A DNA stretch of 64,000 nucleotides. Source: Marsupella aquatica. Lineage: Eukaryota; Plantae; Marchantiophyta. Shown piece by piece: positions 34,546-45,577 of this stretch; within the stretch, counting starts at the first letter, position 1, and every line of letters starts with the position of its first letter. The position numbers and the translations under genes were made by a program. A model generated the notes under the pieces. It did not search any database. It saw nothing but the letters and a program-made list of their open reading frames with translations, and had not been told where the DNA came from. Location of the stretch: assembly GCA_973895155.1 (NCBI GenBank), contig OZ316892.1, forward strand, positions 2,545,223 through 2,609,222. The letters run 5' to 3'.

Positions 34546-37500
34546 GTGTTTTTGCTGCAAACATAGAAATACCTGTTTGTGACTGAAAATGATGTGGCTG
34601 CATGTGGGGTGAGTGAATTTTGAAGGCATTTCTCATGGGGTGATGAATTTCCTCATTTTTCAACTAGCTCATAGCCCAAGCCTCGGGCACAAGTTTGGTC
34701 ATGGGTAAAATAGTCACAGACAACTCTCTCCTCAAAGGTCATCTATCAGGTTATGATAATCCTTTGTGCTGGACAAAAATTGCATTCTCAAATTGTCAGG
34801 TAAATATGAATTGATCCTATCCTATGGTAGCCCTTGAATTGAGGGATGTTGGCTCAGTCAGGCCTCTCTTTACCTTTTCATGTTTCTCTAGATAATAGAC
34901 AATGAAACCCTTCTTTTCAAAAGGTAATCTTACACCAAGGAAAACAACTCAATGATGAAGTATTTTGCTAGGAGAGGATGAGCAAGGAAGTTAAACCCAC
35001 CTCCCCCAAGCTGCGAGCCACTTAAATTCTTCCTGGGAGCCTAAGGAGCTAAGCAATTAATAAGTATTTTCAGTGCAGAATTGCACAGTCATGAGTTACA
35101 AAGGTTCCTTGCAAACCAAAAAGTGATGGTGACTGATGCCTAAGGTACTCAAGTTTGCATCCACAGAAGAACAAAGGAAGTTGAGGGACACTCTTGAAAT
35201 ATATTGTAGTTTAGTATCTTTGCATTCACTTGCTAGTAGAAGGTGCTTCAAAGAAAAATAAAGAATCTTGTACTTAACGATTCCAATCGCTCAATTTCTC
35301 ATGGAGTGCAATTCTGTTTCACATCCCCCCCCCCCCAACAACAAATAAAAACCCCCCCAAAACCAGTCTACGTACTCAATACTTGCTCTACAAACATGCT
35401 GAAGAAGGGAGTGAAGCAATTGATAGCTCCAAACTCTTGGGATTTCATTTTTGGCCATGAAGGAGTAAACTTTCTTGATCTAACAAACCTTTTCTTGGCC
35501 AAATAATTCCCATCAGGTGACATAAGGACTGGACTTATAAAAGTACATCTCCAAAACCTGGCCCTGGCCAATTCCCATTGGGACATCTGGGACATGATGG
35601 ACAGAAGTTTCATGGTTCAACTTTTTGGGGTTCCCTAAGGTACCCAATCAATTTCTACACATGTTAAATAACCTAACACATTAGAATTTGACAGGGGCCA
35701 AGTCCAGGGCTCAACAATGGAGCTTCCCCTTGTTTGGATGCCCACAAATATGGCCATGAAAAGGACAGGAGTGGTGCCAAATCTGACCTAGTTGGCTGTG
35801 AGGGCATCCTGGAGGGCATTTGAGGCTAGCATTGACAACTCTTATATAGCATTCTTATGGACTAGGAAGAGCACTAAGTTGAAGTGCCCCTTGCACCTTT
35901 GCAAACAATATTCCTCACTCTCTCTCATCTCAATCTGTAGATGAATGAGGGTGGCTTTACAAGACATCAGGGTCACATATGCTGCTTGTGTTCATTCCCT
36001 GTATGATTAATTAAATCTGGATTTACAATGAGTTAAGGCTAAAGTTGGCTACACAAGAGCAAATTCAAGTTTGTGTGTACTGATCCTACGTGGCAATAAG
36101 TGGGCCAAAGTAAATATTGTTTTGGAGTGCTCATTTTTTCTGGAATGTAGATCACCTCCAGAATTTTGCATGAGCATTCATGGGATATTCATTTATCCTT
36201 GCACATTGGGTCCTGTCACTCAGTGTTTCCAGTCATTGCATGCTGCTCAAAACACACATTCTAAGGTGAAAACATGAGGGGTCTGTCTCCATATTTCTAA
36301 ATGCTACCTGCGGTGTGTGGATCCACATAAGTGCAGACTTTGCTCAACAATAGTTGTCCCAACAAGTGTAAACTAGTAGCAGTCTTCCCAATTCAAGCTT
36401 CATAAGAGGATTTCCAGCCCATCATTTGGAGGCCTAGAAATTAGAAAAGCCCCCTATTCAATCTGGTCACCAGCAAGCAGTTTCCCCCTACTTTTGATCT
36501 CTATCCTCTCCAAGGTGATGTGTTGTCATACCTAGATTCATCTCAATCATATATAGGATCATATTGTGACATGTGATGGGATCCATGTGTGACGTAGATG
36601 GGAATAGTGGTCAGGATAATGTCTCCTGTTACCAAATATGGAGGTCAAGGTTGTGAAAATGGAGGCTGGTTGCCATTTAGTTAGGGATAGGGCTCACCAT
36701 AGAGAAAGCATCCCTCCAAAAACAGCTCTTTAGTTAGGGGTTGCTCAGTTTAGAGGTTGCAAGCTCATTTGTCCCTACAGACTGCTGGAGATGCTCTAAA
36801 TCAACTAACTTTTGGACAACCCCCCATCTCAAAGTGGGGTTCACTAAAGTCAATTCGCACACGAAAAACTTGGAACTTTCAAAAACTGGAATTCTTTTCA
36901 CCTAAATGGGAGTGGACCAGGTTATAGTAGATGAGTTTTCCAAAAAGCGTTGACCGGAATCCTATAGAGGTGGTCCCAACCAGTGTTTTTGTAGTGGCAA
37001 AAATAGATTCAACCTCAGTGGAAAGTCCGCCACTTTGGCCAAAAATCCTGTGTTTGTTTTTGTCTCCCATTCCCCAGTTTCTCACCTAGCCACAAACGTC
37101 ATTAGCCAGAATTTGACTCCTATGCTTACATGTAGAACCTCATTACCCAGGACATCCTTATCCTTAAATGTAGGGAGATTTGACGGTCAGGAACTAATCT
37201 AAGAAAATTAGGTAGTGGATGGTCTTAGCATTGTCTCCTTGACAATGCCACCTGGCCAAAAAGGAAAAATGTTAAAATGAAGTGGTCCAAACAATTCCAA
37301 AGTGGCTTTTGAGGGATTTGCATGATCAACTTTTTATCAACTTGTCCCCCAAACTAACAAAATTTACTCAGGTGTCCTGCAAACTATTTTTATTTACTAG
37401 CCCGACCTCATTATTGTATGGGTTAGACCCCCCATTATGTCCGCATTTGGCATAGGGCCTCCATATGCCTCTGGCTACCTATTATCCAATTGATCTCCCT

Positions 37501-38668
37501 CCTCCTCGTGCTCTGTTGCAGTGCAAAAAACATTTCTAAGAAAGTTGTGGTACAAAAAAAAAATGACCAAAACAGTTGTTTCACGAGGGAAAAATGTGTT
37601 TTTGTGAAGGAAAATAAAAGGCTTTATGTTGTTCTGAGTAAAAACTACATCTTCGTGAGTAAAAACTGCATTTTGGGTAGCCCTTTTTATGCGCTGCAAC
37701 AGGGTTTGGCTGCACTTGTTGGCCTGCAACGAGGGGGAAGGGGGAGATAAGCAAGTTTAGTCCACAACCAATGGAGTCTTGCAATGTGGCAGTGGGAGGC
37801 CCTCCACCAATGAGTACAAAGATTGAGTTACATTAGTGACGTTATACTAACCCATATATGAAATGGGGGTAGTTTTGGAGTACATTGGGATAGTTGGGGA
37901 CAGGTTAGTAAAAAGCTATTTGCATGATTGTTTTTCAGGCATGATTGTTTTTCAGTGGAGAGTCTACTTTATTGTTGAGTTTGCTTTGGTGGGAAAAGGT
38001 CACAAGTGACTCTATTGTTCCCCAAGGACCCGAACTCTGCGGACTCCATTATTAATTAATCATTCCCTCCAATCTGAGGAAGCTTGGGCCTGAAGCTTCC
38101 TCAGACAGCTTCAGCTCGAAGCTTTTGGGATTTGGCTCTTTGCACTTTGCAATCTCCGATGACTGACTTTCGTTGCCAGTGACCCCATGAGGTACCACGT
38201 TCGTTGCTGACTGGTGTGCATGTCGATCAGTCTCCAATTCCGAGGTTCTGAGCTGGGTACAAATACGAGCTTCAGTTCGTTGCAACGATTTCATAATTAT
38301 CATAGCTTACTTGCGATGGTGCCAGAGCCTCCCTCTCTTCTTCTTCTTCTGCTCTAGTACTCGTGAATCTTGCTATCTACCGAATTTTCATGAACGTGAG
38401 TTCCTCTGTTCAGGCCTTTTCTTAAAGAGAGTTGTGGGTCTTGTTTGTGAAAGCATCGGTGAGAAGGCAGCTCTTGTTTCTTGCAGCGCACTAGAGAATT
38501 GAACGCCAATTGTGTCATTGCTCTCCCGCATTGACGAGCTTGGTGTATGGTGTACTGTCCAGCCTTCCACTCATTCGTTTCTCAAGGTTGTCTTTCTATC
38601 AGTCACCACAGTCAGCTCGCATTTCGCTCCAGGCGATTGGTTGGAAGTTGGAGTCCCATCCTATCCCA

Positions 38669-38887
38669 ATGGATGCTGCGAGGAATGTTTACGACAGCTC
38701 CGGGAGGAGCGGGAAGAGCTCCAAATGGTACTCCGGGTTGGTCGGAAAAGCAAAGGTGTGCAATTCGGAGGATGTTCCGAACCAAGTAGTGGAGCCGCAA
38801 CCCCAGAGGAAGGCGAAGGCCAAGGCCAAGGCGCCTCCTCTCGTGGTGAACCATTTCCCATCCGGCTCTAGTTTTTCCCGCCTGTAG
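38669..38887 (+). CDS. Small basic 72-aa protein ending PPLVVNHFPSGSSFSRL (PTS1-like SRL)
   Basis: ATG 38669 to TAG 38887 lies in a GC-elevated patch downstream of a CT-rich, 5'-UTR-like leader (~38330). From memory, the C-terminus resembles a conserved PIVVxxFPxxSxxSRL motif of uncharacterised small plant proteins. Confidence 0.6.
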   Translation: MDAARNVYDSSGRSGKSSKWYSGLVGKAKVCNSEDVPNQVVEPQPQRKAKAKAKAPPLVVNHFPSGSSFSRL

Positions 38888-41334
38888 ACCGGCTGAGATA
38901 GCTTGAACATATAAGTTTGCGAGCTCCATTGTCCGTGACACCGAGGTCAGTTTTCAGCTGGATTGGCTTCACATGGCAACAGCTTTGCTTTCCCGCGGTA
39001 TGCCAAGGAAAAGATGAGTGAAGAGGAGTGAAACGACATCAGGCGTTTGGACATCTTCTCCAGATTGTCGCAAAGAAAAAGTACTTAGCATCCACCGCTG
39101 GTCACCCTCCGAACGGCTCCATTTCAAGAGCAAGCTGGCGAATGCACGCTGTAAGTCTACATTTAAATTACTGGACCTGCCGAATGACATTTTAGTCTCT
39201 CCCTCTGCCCAATTGTTCAGTTACTGCAAGAATCAAAGGTTCTACCTCGACTACGCAGATACGCGCGACGATACTGCTCAAGTCACTCGAGAAGAATGAC
39301 CTGTTAGCTGGAGCATTTGTAGACTTAGTTCGGTGTAGTGAACTAATAGATTTAGTTCGATATTGATTCGTTTTTTACAGAGTAGTGGACTGAATGCTCT
39401 GCATCCGAAACTGCGATATCTTCAACTGGTACAAACAGAGTGGCGGAAGTAAATTGATAAGTCCACCGACTTCGTCTAGAAATCTCAAAATGTTGTTGTA
39501 GCCATTGACAATTTAGACGGAACATCAAGAAACGATTCACTTCATGAGATGAAGTGAGAACAGTCGCTAGAATGGAATTTCCATGACTTCGTGATTCTAA
39601 TACTACTTGACAGATTTTACTTAAGTTGGAACTTCGTTGCCCCAGAGTGTTAGCTTGCCGAGATATTGTATCCGTCTCTAATTCCTTTTCTGCTGCTTGA
39701 CACGCACTGATCTTACGTTTTCTACAACTGAGAACTGACCCCACTTTCAAATGTACGTGAATGCTTCAAACACGTTCATCTCAAAGCCAGCCAAATTCCT
39801 TCTGATCCCCCAAAGTCAGAGGCAAATCAAGATGTCGATCTCTAGCAATTGAGCTACCCTTCGGATATCCACCAAGAAGACCTACCGAGAAGACGCAACC
39901 GAATCATGCATCAATGTAAGGTTCCAACCACATCAGATCCCTGGAATTGGTGTGCAGGAAAACATTGTAATTTTTGGAACGCGAACATTTACGACAACGA
40001 GAACTACAACAGAAACCAATCTCTCCCATGGAATTGTTAAAGAATCGTGAATCGTTCTCGGCACCCCGTTCGTTCTTTGGTTCTCTTATCTTTGGAACTT
40101 TGGATTAGTTCATCGTCGTCCGCTGTTCAGTACTTAAGTGGGTGATGAAGCTGTTCTTCTGTAAAACAGCTACAGTAGTGGACTACCGTAGCTCAAGATT
40201 GTGAACAAGTATGTGGACTAGCATAATCAACTTTAGATTCATTCACCTTTCTACACATCCTTGTAAGTCCGAATTTTGAAATGCTCTGCGAAAACGATTG
40301 TCGAACATCATACCTGATGGGCATATCCATTGCCATAATCAAGTTTGTGGGAACTTCACGCTTACGAATTTCCAAAATGCAAAGCTTGCAAACACAAATT
40401 GATTCAAGACAGGAACTTTTCCCCAAAATGTGCATAATTGTGATAGGAAATGCTACTTAGAACGACTCCAACTGATACATTCGTTCCAAGAGGACATGCG
40501 TGCTTTGGTCTGAGGATTGAAACAAGCTTCATATGTGAACATCATTCGGTACCTGCTGTCTGACATAGCTTTCTAGTGTTGACAGTAGGTTTTTTCCAAG
40601 GCACGAAAGTCACTCAAGCTTTATTGACTAACATCGGAACAGGATTTGCTTTTGACCAACATTTGATGACATGCCACTAAACCTGTGAATCTGAATTGAT
40701 AAACCTTTTTGTCAACAATCCTTCAGCCTGCCTGGATCAGTATGCAAACCACTTTTCTAGTTGTTGAACGGCATTCTTTTGGAATTGGATAGCTTCGTCA
40801 GTTGTTTGGTGTCCAGAAATGCACGTGTTGTGGGGAGGAGGGGCTTGCTGATGGGTATTCTCCCTAAGAGCACCACTCATTCGGGTTCCTGTACCAAGAG
40901 CACTTTCACTTTTGTTCAAAACTTTGGAAAAGTATGACCAGCTTTCCACAGCAGCCTAAATCAAACTTTTCAGAATTGCATCCTCTGCCGTCACCAAACC
41001 TATCCATGAATAGCCCCACTCAAGTTTTCCTAGATAATTCTGGAGGGGGACTGGCCCAAATTGGGAAGTACACTTCCAATGCATAGCTCGTGTAGTGTAC
41101 TGTCCGTCAAACTCCATTAACCCATTAGCAGGAACCCGGGGATCGGCATCAAGGGTCGAAAACCCCTACTTAAATTAAATGGGAGGATGCTATTCAGGTC
41201 TGGAATGGACCCCAGCCAGACATGAATATAGCCAAAATGGTGGTACAGTGCACATTGCACCTCTTGTAACTCAAAGGTGTATGTTCTGTGTATGATGGTG
41301 TGCGTTTTGTGTATAAGCTTAATGTCCTCTGCAA

Positions 41335-41500
41335 TTTTTCATATGTAATTTCAGTGCATTTGTGCAAAAAAATGCACAGTCAAGATTCAGATGGGCTCAA
41401 TATGAAATCTACTTTTATTAAGAAATAGTGAAAATAATTTATTTTTTCTAGGCTTGAGTATATTAATGTCCTGTTACCAGAGCATAATGGAAAACAATAG
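41335..41500 (+). repeat. Dispersed AT-rich repeat family (other copies ~53150-53330 minus, ~53490-53620 minus, ~60890-61040 plus)
   Basis: Shared blocks: tttcagtgcatt...atgggctca...tacttttat...ctagg...tattaa(t/g)gtcctgtt. The class is not determined. Confidence 0.55.
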
Positions 41501-41574
41501 CCACTCAAAAACTTGAGCCCAAACACTCATTTTTTAGAGCATTATGGCCCACAATGCCTTACAAACAGGACCTG

Positions 41575-41654
41575 CAGGACCTCTACCCATCTTTTATAGA
41601 ACACTATCACTTTTATCTTTTGACCTCTTGAGAAAAAGATGGGTAGAGGTCCTG
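41575..41654. mobile_element. 80-bp element with perfect 21-bp inverted ends (mini-MITE or hairpin)
   Basis: caggacctctacccatctttt (41575-41595) is the exact reverse complement of aaaagatgggtagaggtcctg (41634-41654). Confidence 0.55.
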
Positions 41655-41812
41655 GGCAGGCATTTGGGGAAGAGGTCACGGGAAGACATTCTGGCATAGG
41701 TTGGTCTCTATATGGGCTTCCATAAGAAAAATGTCAGAATGGCCCACTTAACACCATATTTAAATGATTTCACTTTGTATTTTATAATCTTTAACAAATG
41801 TCACAAACACAA

Positions 41813-42043
41813 TCTACAACTATAATAAGGGATCCCGGCTTTTTTTGTCCTTAGTCCCAATACAAAAGAGCTCCCGGGCGGGAAAGATCCACAGCCGTTG
41901 GATTCTATTAGCTGTTTTCCCAAACCATTGATGGAGGAAATGTGCACCCTGGCACATATGTGCTGCCCCATAAATACCCCGGCCCAGTTCCCTATGGGCC
42001 GGCCCTCCTTGCACCGTGCAATGCACGGGCATACGGCTCATAG
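41813..42043 (+). mobile_element. Non-autonomous mini-Helitron, 231 bp
   Basis: A|TCTACAACTATAATAAGG 5' end, subterminal palindrome ccgtgcaatgcacgg, then ...ctcatag|T. It sits between A and T with no TSD. A second copy is at 32465-32707. Confidence 0.72.
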
Positions 42044-43299
42044 TGTCATGATTGACATGAGGGGACCATGGTGGGACCATGGCCTGGGAGGTGGGAGGAT
42101 TGAGGAGGACAAATCCTTAGTGATACTCCCTCTCCCTTTTCTCTTGATCCTCTCCCATTTTTTTCCATTTTCTTTATGGCTCCAGTTTCCAGTTCTTTGT
42201 GACACCTCTTTGTTTTGCTTCCTTCCCACTTTTTGTTGGACTGCAAATTTGCAAGATAACTACTCTAAGAAATGGCCGGACATTGTATTATAGTTTTTAA
42301 TGAAGACTACATTAATCATGTCTTCAGGTTTGAATTGTACCCTACCCCCGACCCTACCGTCTTTGGGATACTTTCACGCAAGCTACTCACGAGGTTTTCA
42401 CTTTTTTTGGTGTGCTTCTGTCTACGTATGGAATGAATCCTCTACTTTTGGTCATTTGCCACCTGCTAAGGCAATCAAAAGTTGTACACTTGTGGAACAA
42501 CATCCAGACCCCACACTTGTCTAAGTATGGAAGGAACCAGGGGGTCTGTTTTTGGCCGTTTGCCTTTGTTACAACATTGAAAATTGCCAACTGTGGAACA
42601 AAGACAACACCCATGCTCACTTCCACTAGACACCCCCAAAGTTTTCAAAGTGAAAGATCTTCTAGTTATGGTGGGTTGCCTCTCTTGAAATTCTTCTGGT
42701 TTGTTTATGAAATCTCATTATGATAGTAAGTCTGTTGGCCGTTTGATTATAGTGACCATATCACTTAACCATGAGTATCTGTTGGGCAGGAAAAGAGCAC
42801 TAGGGCACCTTCCTGCCCAACAAGTCACTCTCCCCAGAGTTCACACACTCCTTGACATACAATTGTCAGTTGGATTCCCCAAACCCCAAGAGTATCTGTT
42901 GCCTAGTGATAACTTGTGCTCTAAAACACTTCCACTTAACATTATAGTTCCACTATAATTTGAATGGCAATTTACTAACCTGATCATCCCACTGCAGAAA
43001 GATGCACAAGAGCTCAGCTGTCCCATTGAGAGACCAATGAACCCAACTCCTACCTGGCCAGCTCCAAATGATACCCAAGGCAAAGGTTGGTTTTAAGGCA
43101 GGTCCATTGAAATTAAAATTTTCCACTAGGGTTTTCGAGCAAGCCAGCTCCGGGTTTGAGGGAGGGTATCAATGGTGCCTTTCGATCAGGCCAGGCAATT
43201 AAGGATGCACACAATCAATCATGTTGGCAGCTGGCGGTTGGTACTGTCAGCACTTTGCCTTTGATCATCATTCTTTCATTTGTGAGAAGTAAAGAGAGG

Positions 43300-43560
43300 A
43301 GTCCTAGAACCAAGAGGTCCCAGGTTCAATCCCCCACACGCCAAGGGGTAGGCAGGGTATGTGTGTGTATGTGTGGGTGGGGAGTAGTGGTGGGAGTCCT
43401 GGTTTCTCCTCAGCCCCTTGCTGGTCCGCTTTGGGCCCCAAAGCCTCTTTCCCTCCTGGTCTTGGTCCCTGAGCATTGTCCCCTTGTGGTTACCCAACAT
43501 ATAATTGCATGCTCTGGAGCAGGAAGTCTATCCTCTCTTGGATTGGCATGCTTTAGGGCT
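43300..43560 (+). mobile_element. SINE family copy, 5'-degraded
   Basis: B-box ggttcaatccc at 43323, a GT-rich body, and a tctatcctctcttgga 3' motif shared with the other copies. Confidence 0.75.
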
Positions 43561-43976
43561 GTCTTGCATGTGCAAGAGTCCTAAAATAACTGGCCCTTAC
43601 CAGCTTACAAGTGTGGGGAAAAAGTGTAAACCTGAATCTAAACTCAATCAAAGAATGTAAACGTGTGATGCACCCACTCAGTTGCGTCTACTTCTTTGTC
43701 TTCTTATGATCAATGCCGGTTCATTTTATTGAGATTTGAAGGTTTGGGACCTAAAGAACCGGAACATTTCCGGCCCTTACCCGTGCACCTCAACCAAAGA
43801 CGCCACACCATCAGGACTGTTGAATTAGTTTCATGAACTCATGCCACAGGTTCATTTCAGGGCCGAAAAACCCTAAAGCAAAGGACCTTGCACATGCAAG
43901 ATGGCCCTTACGCTTTCAAGACCCAAAAAAGAAGAAGCTTTCAAGACCAAGAAAAAAAGGAAAAGGAGTCCTACAG

Positions 43977-44023
43977 CATCCTCTCTTGGATGGGCATGCT
44001 TTAGGCTTTCAAAAAGAAAATAG
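43977..44023 (+). mobile_element. Severely 5'-truncated SINE 3' end with a target-site duplication
   Basis: catcctctcttggatgggcatgctttaggc plus an A-rich tail, flanked by aggagtcctacag (43964-43976) and aggagttctacag (44024-44036). Confidence 0.65.
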
Positions 44024-45577
44024 AGGAGTTCTACAGACTACTACAGTAGTAGTAGAATGGCAAGCTGGGCGGGGCCTCTCCAGTCTCCAGCCACAAGAAA
44101 ACTGATTGCTGAATCCACCGCCTGATGACTCTCCCGATCGAAAGAAAGACTTCGCATCGACATTTAGATGAGCTTTTTGTGGCTTTTGACTCGTGGTAGC
44201 TGCTTGCCACGTTCATTCTCAACGATCTGGAATCGGGTTGTCTGGTCGATCCTGATTGTGAGACCGTCACCGTGAATCGTGAGAGGGCTGCATTGAAGAT
44301 GGAAAGGTACTGTATATGGGACGATGACGGGTATGCCTGAACGATATGGTTCTGTACTTGTGCTTCAGCCGTTGCATTTTAGAGGTTTGGTGGAAGTAGA
44401 TTGAGTTTCTGGGTTGGGGTTTTATTAAATTGAGATGTCCGTTCAGTTCGGTTCGTGCTAGTGTTGTGGAGCTGCGTAACATCCTAGATAGAGTTCGCGC
44501 TAGTGTGTGGAGCTGCGTAACATTCTAGATAGAGCTCCAAACCGTGGTTGAATTTCTTAGTTACGTTCTTTGCCTTCCTTGTGCTATTGGTTGCCAACTT
44601 ATCCACATGATGTCGGTGGATCAGGTGATTGTAGCCAAGTGCCAAGATGAAGTGCCTGTCGAAATGTCCTTGCTGACATGGACGGAAGATCATTGGGTGA
44701 TTGCAGAGTATTTTAAGGGTCGAACTTTGAATTGATCGGGGTCGACATAGTAAGGAAATTGGAGATTAAATTAATTGATGACAAGATCGAAAAACTGCAG
44801 CCTGGCTTTTGTACACTTATTTGTGGAGGGAGGAAGGAAGCTAGATAAGGAAGTAGAGGGTTTGTCTAGCCCATCAGGGAGTTCCCGTCATCCTTGGATT
44901 GTTGGCAGACAGCTTGTTTCGCACTCATCGAGCTCTCTCAACTGGATCGATGCATCATACTGAAGGGGTTGAGGAGCGGACCTTGCATGTAGATCAATTC
45001 ACCGAGTCCTTCCTTCCAGCTCCCAGACCGGTACTTAGAATCGACCTGTTCGTTTCAGAGGGTAGCTACCACCTCCCCCTGTTTGATTCACCGGAGCATA
45101 ACATGGAGGAGGATATTGTGAAGAGGTGATTAGTGCACACAGTTATCGTGACATCTGGAAGGTCAACTTTTGCAAGTAGCCCTCTTCAGTTGCCGGATGA
45201 TGAGGACGAGGGCAGTGCTAACAATTCATCAATTCTCACAAAATTCTGGAGTCACGCGTGATGATGACATCTCGACTGTGAACTATTGCATGGACCTCGC
45301 AGCGTCCTCGAGCAATTTCGAATGCATGTTGAAGACAGATTTCTGGCATTGAATGGACCGTCGGTAGCTCATAGCATGTCAAGGAAAGGCTAATTTTGTA
45401 CGAAGTTTGGCAACTTCAAGAGCTGTGTGAGAATGGGGAGTCGTTGTAGCTGAAGTGGGGTTGGAGCAGCAAGGCACACTATGATCATTGGCTTACTTTC
45501 TAGAAGCTCAACGTATACTGGTTTGAGACTAGAGCTGTGGAATATGATACATTTGTGTGACATTTCAGAAAGCATCT

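Noticed and set aside
34900-36500. Possible decayed coding or TE relic on the minus strand
   Set aside because: It is riddled with stops and has no recognisable RT, integrase or transposase motif.
39018-39299. F-box-like LLDLPNDIL in a 93-aa ORF
   Set aside because: The ORF starts at GTG, the rest of the F-box consensus is absent, and no supporting exons were found.
44451-44535. Short two-copy tandem duplications (also ~48720-48780 and ~50468-50538)
   Set aside because: Ordinary local slippage duplications in intron or UTR sequence.
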